Positions 1 through 10,448 of a DNA stretch of 64,000 bases are shown piece after piece (within the stretch, counting starts at the first letter, position 1; every line of letters starts with the position of its first letter). The stretch covers positions 5,642 through 69,641 of the forward strand of contig JAIOZM010000005.1 of assembly GCA_021740585.1 (NCBI GenBank), given 5' to 3'. Source of the DNA: Bacteroidales bacterium. Its GTDB lineage: Bacteria; Bacteroidota; Bacteroidia; Bacteroidales; GCA-2748055. The notes beneath the pieces were generated by a model. That model saw nothing but the letters and a program-made list of their open reading frames with translations, had not been told where the DNA came from and ran no database searches. Position numbers and translations under genes: made by a program.

Positions 1-854
1 ATGAAATTTTTTATGTTTATGTTGTAGATAATGCGAATATCCTGAAAGGAACATTATCACTTAAAAAACTTGTTTTGGCATCTCCCCAGGAACGGATTAA
101 TAAGTTATATAAACCTGATGTAATTTCTGTTCATACCGATACTGATGATGAAGAGGTTGCCAACTTAATGAGTAAATACGACCTTGTAAGCCTTCCTGTT
201 GTGGATGCAATTGGCAGGCTTGTAGGAAGAATTACCATCGACGATGTAATTGATGTAATTCAGGACGAGGCAGAAAAGGATTATCAACTGGCTTCTGGTA
301 TCACCGAGGATGTGGAGCATTCTGATTCGACCTGGATGCTTACCCGGGCAAGGTTGCCCTGGTTAATGATCGGGCTGTTTGGGGGAATTCTGGTAGCTCT
401 GGTTATTGGTCAGTTCGAATCGGATTTACAAATCAATCCAAAAATGGCATTTTTTATTCCTCTGATTGCTGCAATGGCAGGGAATGTGGGAATACAGTCG
501 TCGGCAATTGTTGTTCAGAGTATAGCAAATAATACCCTTAGATTAGAGCGAACTTTCCCGAAACTAATCAAGGAACTATCTGTAGGTTTACTAAATGGTG
601 GAATTCTGGCAACTATGCTTTTTGGATATAATTATTTTTTCACGAATTCTTTGGCGCTAACCTATACTGTAAGTATCTCTCTTTTGATAGTAATTCTGTT
701 TGCCGCATTTTTTGGAACATTAATTCCATTGATTTTGAATAATTTAAAAATTGATCCGGCTTTGGCAACAGGACCATTTATCACCACAATGAATGATATA
801 ATGGGTTTGTTTATTTATTTTTTGGTAGGTAGGATATTGTATGGAATTTTTTAG
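1..854 (+). CDS. mgtE: Magnesium transporter MgtE (5'-partial; CBS pair + MgtE membrane domain)
   Basis: Frame is open from position 3 (EIFYVYVVD...LKGTLSLKKL, CBS domain). Motifs ARLPWL, MAGNVGIQS and DPALATGPFITTMNDIMG. Confidence 0.93.
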   Translation, partial: EIFYVYVVDNANILKGTLSLKKLVLASPQERINKLYKPDVISVHTDTDDEEVANLMSKYDLVSLPVVDAIGRLVGRITIDDVIDVIQDEAEKDYQLASGITEDVEHSDSTWMLTRARLPWLMIGLFGGILVALVIGQFESDLQINPKMAFFIPLIAAMAGNVGIQSSAIVVQSIANNTLRLERTFPKLIKELSVGLLNGGILATMLFGYNYFFTNSLALTYTVSISLLIVILFAAFFGTLIPLILNNLKIDPALATGPFITTMNDIMGLFIYFLVGRILYGIF

Positions 855-940
855 AAAAAGCTGTTGGGTGCAGGCTGAGGGATAACAGATACAGGGAGTA
901 TAGCTTAAGGCTTTTTCCCTGAAATCGCCGCCCTTAAAAC

Positions 941-2197
941 CTAAAATGTAGAATTTATTGCAATAACAGGGTCAAGTCTTGCAGCGGAATAAGCAGGCGC
1001 AAGACCGGAAATAAGTCCAATTAAAGATGAAATACTTAATCCCATTATTATATTACCCATTGTTAATGTAACTTGAAAATCAGAGGTTGAATTTATAATA
1101 AGCGTCCCGATATAAACCAATAAAAGTCCAACAAAACCTCCCATTACAGCTAAAAGTATAGATTCGAAAATAAACTGTTCAATAATAAAAAATCTTTTTG
1201 CTCCCAAAGCTTTTTGAACACCTATTAGTTTGGTTCTTTCCTTCACCGAGACGAACATTATATTTGCTATCCCAAAGCCTCCCACCAGAAGAGAGAAAAT
1301 GCCGATAAACCATCCCGCCATATTCAGAACGCCAAAAAACTGATCGAGCTGATTATTTAGCATACTGGTTTGATTAAGTGCAAAATTATCGTCTGCTTTT
1401 GGTTTTAGCCGACGAATATTCCTAAGCTGCATTCTTATCTCACCTTTTAGTTCTTCTGTACTAACATTTTCGGCAGATTTAATCCAGATCATAGGATTCA
1501 TAGATTCACTTCTGATGTTCACTACGTTTCTAACATGATTTATAGGTACCATTACATTCTCATCCATACTATCGCCGAAAGTGTCCTTACCCTCCTTATT
1601 AAATACCCCGATTACTCTTGTTTTGTGGCCTTTAATGCTAATTATTTTGCCCAGAGGATCTATGTTTCCGAACAATTGATTTGCAATTTCAAAACCCAGA
1701 ATACAGATGTTCTTACCCGAAGTCAATTCGAAATCGGAAAAATATCTGCCACTTTGGATGTCAAAACTTCTGATGCCATCAAAACCTGAAGATACACCCA
1801 GAAAGTTCATGTTGTCAATCGTGTTATCCTTGTATTGCACAGAAGTTCTGGTTGAAATTACAAACGCTATCTCATCGGCCTTAGTAAGTCGGTCTTTCAG
1901 TAATTCATACTCCTGAATGTTTGGAACAGGTCTGTTCACGTACTGCCACCACTTAAATTCTCCGCCATCTTCCTGAGTCCAGGGCCACTTTTCAACGTAA
2001 ATTATATCAGAGCCTAATGAAGAAAGACTTTCACGTATGTTTATTTCGAGAGAATCGACAATGGTAAAGACGGCAATAATGGCAAAAATGCCAATAGTGA
2101 TGCCCAATAGTGAAAGTAATGTCCGTAACCTGTTAACAATAACAGCCTGAATTGCGAAAATTATACTTTCAATGCTGAGTACCAGAAGTTTAAGCAT
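941..2197 (-). CDS. ABC transporter permease, MacB/FtsX family
   Basis: RTLLSLLGITIGIFAII, a periplasmic MacB-type domain, GGFGIANIMFVSVKERTKLIG and PAYSAARLDPVIAI. Confidence 0.9.
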   Translation of the reverse strand: MLKLLVLSIESIIFAIQAVIVNRLRTLLSLLGITIGIFAIIAVFTIVDSLEINIRESLSSLGSDIIYVEKWPWTQEDGGEFKWWQYVNRPVPNIQEYELLKDRLTKADEIAFVISTRTSVQYKDNTIDNMNFLGVSSGFDGIRSFDIQSGRYFSDFELTSGKNICILGFEIANQLFGNIDPLGKIISIKGHKTRVIGVFNKEGKDTFGDSMDENVMVPINHVRNVVNIRSESMNPMIWIKSAENVSTEELKGEIRMQLRNIRRLKPKADDNFALNQTSMLNNQLDQFFGVLNMAGWFIGIFSLLVGGFGIANIMFVSVKERTKLIGVQKALGAKRFFIIEQFIFESILLAVMGGFVGLLLVYIGTLIINSTSDFQVTLTMGNIIMGLSISSLIGLISGLAPAYSAARLDPVIAINSTF

Positions 2198-2340
2198 AGT
2201 TGGAAAAAATTTTAATAAAACTTTAGATAATTCATTGGAAACTACTTCCTTTGTATAATTTTATTAATGAATTATCATTCCGAAATTACTCTATTTTTAT
2301 CAAATTTAATAATTTTGGACATCTTTATTAATCTCCATAA

Positions 2341-3864
2341 ATGAATACAAAAAAAAAGATCCATTCAGCACTAATTTCAGTTTATCATAAGGATAATTTG
2401 GAAGAGCTTGTAAACGAACTCCTTAAAAACGATGTAAGTATCTATTCTACAGGAGGAACTAAAACTTTTATTGAGAGCCTTGGGGCTAAAGTAACGGCTG
2501 TTGAAGATCTTACAGCATATCCTTCAATCTTCGGAGGAAGAGTAAAAACTCTTCATCCAAAAGTTTTTGGCGGAATACTATCCAGAAGGGATGATGATTC
2601 TGATAAGAAGCAAGCGAAGGAGTACGATATTCCTGAAATAGATTTGGTAATTGTTGATTTGTATCCTTTTGAGGAAACACTTAAGTCGGGTGCCGATGAA
2701 GCTGCTCTTATCGAAAAGATTGATATTGGAGGAATTTCTTTAATCCGGGCCGCAGCAAAAAATTTTAAGGACGTTGTGGTTGTTTCTTCCCGCGGTCAAT
2801 ATGAGGAGCTTAGCCATTTGCTTCGTGAAAAGAAAGGATGCACAGACATTGAAGATCGGCGAAGATTTGCCACCGCTGCCTTTCATATTTCCTCGCATTA
2901 CGATTCTGCCATTTTCAATTATTTTGATGCCGAAGGTTTAACAGCATTTAAGGAATCATTATTTCCCGGAAAAAAATTGAGATATGGAGAGAATCCGCAT
3001 CAGGAAGGTTATTTTTACGGTGATTTTGACGAAATATTCGAAAAGCTTTACGGTAAAGAGATTTCTTACAACAATTTACTCGATATAGATGCCGCAGTAA
3101 ATCTTATTGGTGAATTTGACGAACCTACTTTTGCTATACTGAAACATAATAATGCTTGTGGAATTGCAAGCCGCCCGGTTTTGTTCGATGCATGGACCGA
3201 TGCTTTAGCAGGGGATCCGGTATCTGCCTTTGGTGGAATTTTGGTAACTAATGTACAGGTTGACGTTAAAACGGCTGAGGAGATCAATAAGCTTTTTTAT
3301 GAGGTGATTATTGCGCCAGCCTATGAAGATAAAGCTTTGGAAGTATTAATGCAGAAGAAAAACAGGATTATTTTAGTGCAGCGATCTGCAAATTTTAAGG
3401 ACAGAAGTATAAGGACAGTATTAAATGGGGCTTTGGTTCAGGATAAAGATGTATATACAGAATCAGCCAAAGATTTAACTCCGGTTACGAATTTAAGACC
3501 CGGTAAAGATACAATTCAGGACCTTTTATTCGCGAATAAAATTGTTAAGCATACCAAATCAAATACAATAGTTCTTGCCAAAAATAAACAATTATGCGCT
3601 AGCGGTGTTGGACAAACATCCAGAGTAGACGCTCTTAAGCAAGCCATTGAAAAAGCCAAAAGTTTTGATTTTGATTTGCAGGGAGCAGTAATGGCCTCGG
3701 ATGCATTTTTTCCTTTCGCTGATTCAGTTGAAATTGCAAATAAAGCAGGAATAACTTCCGTTATACAACCTGGTGGTTCAATAAAGGATCAGGATTCAAT
3801 TGATTATTGCAATTTGAACAAAATGAGTATGGTTTTCACAGGTATTAGACATTTTAAACATTAG
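2341..3864 (+). CDS. purH: Bifunctional AICAR transformylase/IMP cyclohydrolase
   Basis: SALISVYHK, GRVKTLHPKVFGGIL, IDIGG, LRYGENPHQ, ASDAFFPF and C-terminal RHFKH. Confidence 0.98.
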   Translation: MNTKKKIHSALISVYHKDNLEELVNELLKNDVSIYSTGGTKTFIESLGAKVTAVEDLTAYPSIFGGRVKTLHPKVFGGILSRRDDDSDKKQAKEYDIPEIDLVIVDLYPFEETLKSGADEAALIEKIDIGGISLIRAAAKNFKDVVVVSSRGQYEELSHLLREKKGCTDIEDRRRFATAAFHISSHYDSAIFNYFDAEGLTAFKESLFPGKKLRYGENPHQEGYFYGDFDEIFEKLYGKEISYNNLLDIDAAVNLIGEFDEPTFAILKHNNACGIASRPVLFDAWTDALAGDPVSAFGGILVTNVQVDVKTAEEINKLFYEVIIAPAYEDKALEVLMQKKNRIILVQRSANFKDRSIRTVLNGALVQDKDVYTESAKDLTPVTNLRPGKDTIQDLLFANKIVKHTKSNTIVLAKNKQLCASGVGQTSRVDALKQAIEKAKSFDFDLQGAVMASDAFFPFADSVEIANKAGITSVIQPGGSIKDQDSIDYCNLNKMSMVFTGIRHFKH

Positions 3865-3869
3865 AGAAT

Positions 3870-4889
3870 ATGGGATTGTTTTCGTTTCAGCAGGAATTAG
3901 CGATTGATTTAGGTACCGCAAATACTATTATAATATACAATGACAAGGTGGTTGTAAATGAGCCATCGATTGTGGCCATTGATCAAAAAACAGGCAAATT
4001 AATTGCCATAGGTGATAAAGCCCGCCAAATGCATGGGAAAACCCATGAGAATATTAAGACTATCCGCCCTTTACGCGATGGCGTAATTGCTGATTTTGAT
4101 GCTGCAGAGCTGATGATCAGAGAAATGATAAAGCTGATCAACCGAGGAAATCGCTTTTTTACACCATCAATGAGAATGGTGGTTTGTATCCCCTCAGGTT
4201 GTACTGAAGTTGAGAGAAGAGCTGTAAGAGACTCCTCAGAACATGCTGGTGGGAGGGATGTTTACATGATTTATGAGCCTATGGCAGCAGCAATAGGAAT
4301 TGGTATAGATGTGGAAGCTCCAATGGGTAATATGGTGGTTGATATTGGAGGTGGAACCACTGAAATTGCCGTAATTGCTTTGGGCGGTATAGTATGTAAT
4401 GAGTCTCTTAGGGTAGCAGGTGATGGATTTACTGCTGATATTCAGGCTTATATGAGGCATCAGCATAATATTAAAATAGGGGAGCGTACCGCAGAAGAAA
4501 TTAAAATTGCGGTTGGCTCGGCTCTTTCTGACCTCGAAAATCCACCTGCAGATTTTACTGTCAGAGGACCAAATCTAATGACTGCAATGCCTATTGAGAT
4601 ACCCATTTCATACCAGGAAATTGCTCATTGTCTGGATAAATCAATATCAAAAATAGAAACAGCAATTTTGTCCGTTCTGGAGCAAACACCTCCTGAGTTG
4701 TATGCTGACATAGTCCAAAGAGGAATATATCTTGCCGGTGGCGGCGCACTTTTAAAAGGATTGGATAAACGTTTAACAGATAAAATCAGCATTCCATTTC
4801 ATGTAGCTGAAGATCCCCTGCAGGCAATCGCCAGAGGAACAGGAATTGCTTTAAAGAATATTGGTAAATTTTCATTTTTGATGAGATAA
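3870..4889 (+). CDS. mreB: Rod shape-determining protein MreB
   Basis: AIDLGTANT, RPLRDGVIADF, EPMAAAIG, DIGGGTTE and LAGGGALL; operon context. Confidence 0.98.
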   Translation: MGLFSFQQELAIDLGTANTIIIYNDKVVVNEPSIVAIDQKTGKLIAIGDKARQMHGKTHENIKTIRPLRDGVIADFDAAELMIREMIKLINRGNRFFTPSMRMVVCIPSGCTEVERRAVRDSSEHAGGRDVYMIYEPMAAAIGIGIDVEAPMGNMVVDIGGGTTEIAVIALGGIVCNESLRVAGDGFTADIQAYMRHQHNIKIGERTAEEIKIAVGSALSDLENPPADFTVRGPNLMTAMPIEIPISYQEIAHCLDKSISKIETAILSVLEQTPPELYADIVQRGIYLAGGGALLKGLDKRLTDKISIPFHVAEDPLQAIARGTGIALKNIGKFSFLMR

Positions 4890-4896
4890 AGGTAGG

Positions 4897-5733
4897 ATGA
4901 GGACACTCTTCAGGCTAATAGTAAAAAACTATTTTGTTCTTTTATTTCTTCTCCTGGAAGGGATTTCTCTAGCTCTTGTTTTTCAGTATAATCCATTTCA
5001 TAAGTCATTTTTTCTCACTTTCAGCAGAAATATGACCAATGGGATGAATACCAGAATTTCTACTATAAGGGATTATTTCTTTTTGCAAGAGGAAAATGAG
5101 CGTTTAAACAATGAAAATGTTTATCTGAGAAATAAACTTTCTGATAGTACAAGCATTGTTTACCTTTCGTATCCCAATTATGAGGATACCATTGGTTTTT
5201 CCAACAATAACAGGTTCTCATTTAAGCCTGGTGAGATTGTAAAAAACTCAATCTCCAGGCAATACAATTATATTACCATTAAAATAGGAGAGGCTGATAG
5301 TATTGCAGCAAATATGGCAGTCATCTCCAGTGAGGGTATTGTAGGAATGGTGATGGAGACTTCCAAAAATTTCTCAACAGTACAACCTTTAATAAACAGA
5401 AATTCTAAAGTTGGGGCAAAAATAAGAGGGAATGATTATTTCGGCATTTTATTTTGGGATGGCAGAAACCCTGAAATTGTGCAATTAAGTGAGATTCCTG
5501 TTCATGTTGAGATACAGGTGGGTGATACCATTGTTACCAGCGGTTATTCTTCCATTTATCCTAAAGATTTGCCTATTGGAGTAATTAAGGAATTCCAAAA
5601 AGGGCAAGGCAATTTTTATACTATTGATGTTAGATTATTTGTTAATTTCAGAACAATTAATCATGTTATGGTTATAAATAATTTCTTGCAAAAAGAGCAA
5701 AAAGAGCTGGAAAGGGAAATTTCGTATGATTAG
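4897..5733 (+). CDS. mreC: Rod shape-determining protein MreC
   Basis: N-terminal TM, coiled coil LQEENERL, GDTIVTSGYSSIYP; lies between mreB and mreD. Confidence 0.95.
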   Translation: MRTLFRLIVKNYFVLLFLLLEGISLALVFQYNPFHKSFFLTFSRNMTNGMNTRISTIRDYFFLQEENERLNNENVYLRNKLSDSTSIVYLSYPNYEDTIGFSNNNRFSFKPGEIVKNSISRQYNYITIKIGEADSIAANMAVISSEGIVGMVMETSKNFSTVQPLINRNSKVGAKIRGNDYFGILFWDGRNPEIVQLSEIPVHVEIQVGDTIVTSGYSSIYPKDLPIGVIKEFQKGQGNFYTIDVRLFVNFRTINHVMVINNFLQKEQKELEREISYD

Positions 5734-6232
5734 AATTTATCTCAGAAATATTATTCGTTTTTTTATCCTGATCTTTGTACAGATTATAATCTTTGATAAT
5801 ATTCAGCTTGGGGGAAATATTAGTCCGTATATTTATGTCCTTTTTATTATACTGATGCCTTTTGAAATTCAGGGATGGGGTTTATTACTAAGTGCTTTTT
5901 TCCTTGGACTTGGAATTGATATATTGCTGTTGAGCCCGGGATTTCATACTGCCGCAACCGTATTGATGGCCTTTCTACGGCCTTTCGTTTTACAAAGTTT
6001 TGCTCCACGAGACGGCTACGATTTGGGGAGTTTTCCAAGAGTGTACTATTATGGATTAGGGTGGTTTGCGAAATACAGTATTATTCTCATTTTCTTTCAT
6101 CACTTATTTTTATTCAGCCTCGAAATATTTAGATTTTCAGATATTTTCCTTATTTTATGGAAAACAGTTTTAAACACGTTGATTTCAGGCTTGCTGATTA
6201 TCCTGAGTCAATACTTTGTTTTTAAGAAATAA
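5726..6232 (+). CDS. mreD: Rod shape-determining protein MreD
   Basis: Hydrophobic 168 aa; PYIYVLFIILMP and AFFLGLGID; overlaps mreC and mrdA. Confidence 0.92.
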   Translation: MIRIYLRNIIRFFILIFVQIIIFDNIQLGGNISPYIYVLFIILMPFEIQGWGLLLSAFFLGLGIDILLLSPGFHTAATVLMAFLRPFVLQSFAPRDGYDLGSFPRVYYYGLGWFAKYSIILIFFHHLFLFSLEIFRFSDIFLILWKTVLNTLISGLLIILSQYFVFKK

Positions 6233-8064
6233 TGAATCCATATGCTGACCGGAAATATATCATTATTATTCTGATTTTAATTTCAGCTTTCCTTTTTATT
6301 GTAAAGCTATTTTTAATGCAGGTGGTCGATGATCAATATAAATTGTCGGCTGAAAGCAACTCGAGACGGGATGTAATAATTTATCCTGCGAGAGGATTGG
6401 TTTACGACAGGAATGGGGCAATTTTAGTATCCAATCAGGCTGCTTACGATATTATGGTAGTACCCAGGCAAATGGTAAGTATGGACACTGCTGAATTCTG
6501 TGAAGTATTGGGGATTGAGAAACAAGATTTCATTGAAAGGATAAACAAGGCTAAAGATTATAGTTATTATGCTCCCTCAGTTTTTATGAAACAGGTTTCA
6601 GCTGAGATAAGTTCGGTGTTTTCTGAGAAGTTGTTTTTATATCAGGGCTTTTATTTGCAATCAAGAACTCTTAGGAAATATCCAAAAAATATCGCTTCTC
6701 ATGTCCTTGGATATGTTGGAGAAGTGAATAAAAGCATAGTTGAAAATAGCGATTATTATGTTTCTGGCGATTATATTGGAATTTCCGGCATTGAAAAAAC
6801 CTATGAAGATATATTACGTGGAGAAAAAGGTCATAAATATTTTTTGGTAGATGTTCATAATCGAATTACCGGGCAATGGGAGTCGGGTAAATACGATGAG
6901 CAGGCTTTGCTTGGAACAGATATTATTCTTACTATCGATAATGAATTGCAAGAGTATGGCGAAAAATTAATGTCAGCTTTTTCTGGTAGTATCGTGGCTA
7001 TTGAACCACAGACTGGCGAAATCCTCTCCTTGGTCTCTGCACCTTCCTATCCTCCAGACCTGTTGGTAGGCAGGGGCTTAAGTGAGAATTTTAAAAAACT
7101 GGCCGGAGACACATTAAATCCTGTTTTTAACCGGGCCGTAGCAGCTAGTTATCCACCGGGATCGACTTTTAAGATTATAAACGGGCTTATTGCTTTGGAG
7201 GAAAAAGTTTTAACTCCTTACTCAGAGTATTCATGTAATATGGGATATTATTACAGGGGAATACATGTTGGATGTCATAGCCATGATTCACCTCTCGATT
7301 TTGAAGGTGCTGTACAAAACTCCTGTAACGCATATTTTTGTAATGTTTTAAGAAATATTCTTGAGGATAAGAAATTCCAAAGAACAGATTCAGCCTTTTC
7401 AAACTGGAAAACTCATGTTGAATCATTTGGATTCGGAAACAGACTAGGAACAGATGTTTCCGGTGAATTGAAGGGTTTCGTGCCGTCAACTTCCTATTAT
7501 AACAGGTATTATGGATCAGGGCACTGGAACTTTCTAACCGTTCTTTCCCTTTCCATCGGTCAGGGAGAACTCGGAATCACGCCTTTGCAAATGGCCAATA
7601 TGTCTGCAACATTAGCAAACAGAGGTCATTATTTTGTTCCTCATCTTATCAAAGCCTTTGGTAATGACAAGAAAATTGATCCAAAATATAAGGAAAAGCA
7701 TAGTACAACTATCGACTCTACATTATTTGAACTGGCTGTGAATGGGATGGATTTAGTAGTAAACGGTGCTAAAGGCAGTACAGCCAGAATTGCAAAAATG
7801 AATGATATTGTTATTTGCGGTAAAACAGGGACAGCAGAGAATCCTTTTGGCGAGGACCACTCTATTTTCATAGCTTTTGCACCTAAAGATGATCCACAGA
7901 TTGCCATTGCCGTTTATGTTGAGAATGTAGGTTTTGGTGCAAGTTGGGCCGCTCCAATAGCAAGTCTTATGATTGAGAAGTACTTAACAAAAGAGCTAAC
8001 GCGGAGCTGGTTGGAAAGCTATATTTTAAACGGACCACAGAAAATTAAAAAAGAGGAGGAATGA
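6232..8064 (+). CDS. mrdA: Penicillin-binding protein 2
   Basis: PARGLVYDRNG; SxxK (PGSTFK), SxN (SCN) and KTG (GKTGTAEN) motifs. Confidence 0.97.
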   Translation: MNPYADRKYIIIILILISAFLFIVKLFLMQVVDDQYKLSAESNSRRDVIIYPARGLVYDRNGAILVSNQAAYDIMVVPRQMVSMDTAEFCEVLGIEKQDFIERINKAKDYSYYAPSVFMKQVSAEISSVFSEKLFLYQGFYLQSRTLRKYPKNIASHVLGYVGEVNKSIVENSDYYVSGDYIGISGIEKTYEDILRGEKGHKYFLVDVHNRITGQWESGKYDEQALLGTDIILTIDNELQEYGEKLMSAFSGSIVAIEPQTGEILSLVSAPSYPPDLLVGRGLSENFKKLAGDTLNPVFNRAVAASYPPGSTFKIINGLIALEEKVLTPYSEYSCNMGYYYRGIHVGCHSHDSPLDFEGAVQNSCNAYFCNVLRNILEDKKFQRTDSAFSNWKTHVESFGFGNRLGTDVSGELKGFVPSTSYYNRYYGSGHWNFLTVLSLSIGQGELGITPLQMANMSATLANRGHYFVPHLIKAFGNDKKIDPKYKEKHSTTIDSTLFELAVNGMDLVVNGAKGSTARIAKMNDIVICGKTGTAENPFGEDHSIFIAFAPKDDPQIAIAVYVENVGFGASWAAPIASLMIEKYLTKELTRSWLESYILNGPQKIKKEEE

Positions 8065-9482
8065 AAAGAGGCAATATATTGGCAAATCTCGATTGGGCAA
8101 CAGTATTGCTTTACCTGATTATGGTTGTATTAGGTTGGCTTAATATTTATTCAGCAACCTTTTCCGAACGAAGCGCAGAATTATTTGATTTTAGTCAAAG
8201 GCATGGGAAGCAATTTTTATGGATTCTTGCTGCTATCATAATTGCCATAGCCATTCTGATCATTGATCATAAGTTTTATGACTTCTTTGCATACGGATTT
8301 TATAGCCTTGCCATTATCCTACTCCTTTTAGTATTGATTATAGGTAAAGAAATTAATGGGGCCCAAAGCTGGATCATTATTGGCGGGGTACAGATTCAAC
8401 CTTCAGAATTAGCAAAACCTGCCGTTGCAATTGCTTTAGCAAGATATCTTTCGGGTTATAATCTGAAGATAGACCAGCTAAAAACCTATATTACAGCAGG
8501 AATAATAATTTTCACACCCGCATTATTAATCCTTCTTCAACCCGACACTGGATCGGCTTTGGTTTTTTTCGTTTTTATTCTTGTGGCTTTTCGTGAAGGT
8601 TTTTCAGTAAGTCTTCTTCTTATTTTAATAGCGCTGATTGTATTATTTTTATTGAGTTTAATTTTTGAAAAAATAATTCTTTTAACAATTATTTTATCAT
8701 TGGGAGTTTTAATCTTAGGTCTGATCACAAAAAATTATAAAAGAGTTATTCTTACGATTCTTATTCTTGTCGGAAGCTTTTTATTAATTTTTGGGGTTAA
8801 TTTTTTATCGGGCTGGGGACAAAGTATGATTAGAATTATGATACTAAGTCTGACAGTATCTGCCTTTGTCTTTCTAATTCTGGTATTTAGCTACAGACTA
8901 AGAAAGTCAGCTTTTATTTTAGGTTTTACTACGATTGCAATTTTTTATGTTTTTGCCGTGGATTTTGTCTTTGAAAATGTACTTGATCCTTATCAGCAGC
9001 GAAGAATTAATATTGTACTTGGTTTGGAATCAGACCCTCAGGGAGCCGGATATAATCTGGCACAGTCAAAAATTGCCATTGGTTCGGGTGGTTTTTTTGG
9101 AAAAGGTTTTTTAAACGGAACTCAGACTAAGTTGAATTTTGTTCCTGAGCAAAGTACCGATTTTATCTTTTGCACCGTTGGTGAAGAATGGGGTTTTGCA
9201 GGATCAGTGGTAGTTATTCTTCTTTTTGTTGCTCTTCTCTTAAGACTCGTTCAACTTGCAGAACGTCAGCGCTATAAATTTGCCAGAATCTATGGCTATG
9301 GAGTATTCTCCGTCTTGTTTTTTCATTTCTTTGTAAATATTGCCATGACCATTGGTTTGTTCCCGGTAGTGGGTATACCCCTGCCATTTTTTAGTTACGG
9401 TGGATCCTCACTCTGGGCTTTCACCATTTTACTGTTTATTTTTCTCAAACTTGATGCCAGCAGGATGGAGCATATTAATTAG
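8061..9482 (+). CDS. rodA: Rod shape-determining protein RodA (SEDS family)
   Basis: QIQPSELAK, LQPDTGS, SKIAIGSGG, PEQSTDFIF and PFFSYGGSS. Confidence 0.97.
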   Translation: MKRGNILANLDWATVLLYLIMVVLGWLNIYSATFSERSAELFDFSQRHGKQFLWILAAIIIAIAILIIDHKFYDFFAYGFYSLAIILLLLVLIIGKEINGAQSWIIIGGVQIQPSELAKPAVAIALARYLSGYNLKIDQLKTYITAGIIIFTPALLILLQPDTGSALVFFVFILVAFREGFSVSLLLILIALIVLFLLSLIFEKIILLTIILSLGVLILGLITKNYKRVILTILILVGSFLLIFGVNFLSGWGQSMIRIMILSLTVSAFVFLILVFSYRLRKSAFILGFTTIAIFYVFAVDFVFENVLDPYQQRRINIVLGLESDPQGAGYNLAQSKIAIGSGGFFGKGFLNGTQTKLNFVPEQSTDFIFCTVGEEWGFAGSVVVILLFVALLLRLVQLAERQRYKFARIYGYGVFSVLFFHFFVNIAMTIGLFPVVGIPLPFFSYGGSSLWAFTILLFIFLKLDASRMEHIN

Positions 9483-9483
9483 T

Positions 9484-9524
9484 TTGCTGGTAGGGTAATG
9501 TGGTGGTGTGCTAATGGTGCTAAC
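9484..9524 (+). repeat. Degenerate 8-mer tandem repeat after the rodA stop
   Basis: ttgctggt agggtaat gtggtggt gtgctaat ggtgctaac; same family as 44581-44628. Confidence 0.5.
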
Positions 9525-9547
9525 AGAATTTCATTAAGCCAATTTCT

Positions 9548-10162
9548 TTATGCATCATCAGTATCATCGAGACTACCGGTTACGATTCCGAATTCCTGTA
9601 AAATATAGTTTCTTATATCAGGGAAAAACTGATTAAATTCTTCCAGATATTCGTTTTCTCTTTCACGTAATGATTGTATGGCGAATTCGGTATATTCCGG
9701 TAGCGAGGTCCGACTCGACATTCTTTGAAGAACGGTTTCCATTCCTTCTATAGTAGAATACGCGATTAACCAATTATTCCGAATAAAATTCGGGAAAAAG
9801 TTTTTGATGCCCTGGGGGAAGATGTCATAATTATTTCTGAGTAAATGAAATGCCCGGTTTACAAATTCAGGTAGTGGAATATTACAATAATTAGCCCAGG
9901 AGAGTGTAAGTAAATAATCGTAAAAAATATCTACAACTATGCCAGAATATTTAGAGTATTTGTCTGCCAAATGAAGCCGGCTTTGTTTGGTAACAGGGTG
10001 ATTGTCAGTGTAAAAATCAATTTTCCTGTGTAATAATATTCCTTTTCGAATTCCTTCAGGATATTGAATGTAATTTCTACCTTTCACATAATCTCCCATA
10101 AAATTACCAACAAGTACTTTCTCATTATTGCCAGACAGATATATGTGGGCAAGGAAGTTCAT
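9548..10162 (-). CDS. acpH: Acyl carrier protein phosphodiesterase (AcpH/DUF479)
   Basis: MNFLAHIYLS, GNFMGDYVKG, GILLHRKIDFYTDNHP and DIFYD. Confidence 0.9.
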   Translation of the reverse strand: MNFLAHIYLSGNNEKVLVGNFMGDYVKGRNYIQYPEGIRKGILLHRKIDFYTDNHPVTKQSRLHLADKYSKYSGIVVDIFYDYLLTLSWANYCNIPLPEFVNRAFHLLRNNYDIFPQGIKNFFPNFIRNNWLIAYSTIEGMETVLQRMSSRTSLPEYTEFAIQSLRERENEYLEEFNQFFPDIRNYILQEFGIVTGSLDDTDDA

Positions 10163-10448
10163 AATACGAATACTACATTCAAATTGACAAATGACATGGC
10201 TTATAAATTACGAATAATCAAGGAGTTTTAAATACAAAACTTTAATATTATTGACAAAAAATCAGAAAAAATAGTTGCACATTTCGATTTAAAGATAATC
10301 AATAGTATTCCTTATAATACATAACAGCATTTTTTTTCAATCAAAATTTAATTCCTGAATCATATATGTTTTTTAATAGATTTTATATTCTTAAAATCTT
10401 TCACACCTTTGTTTATATCTGTAATTCAATTTTAAAAACCATTAAAAT

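Noticed and set aside
2341-9482. purH joined to the mreBCD-mrdA-rodA operon as a novelty
   Set aside because: This gene order is common in Bacteroidota.
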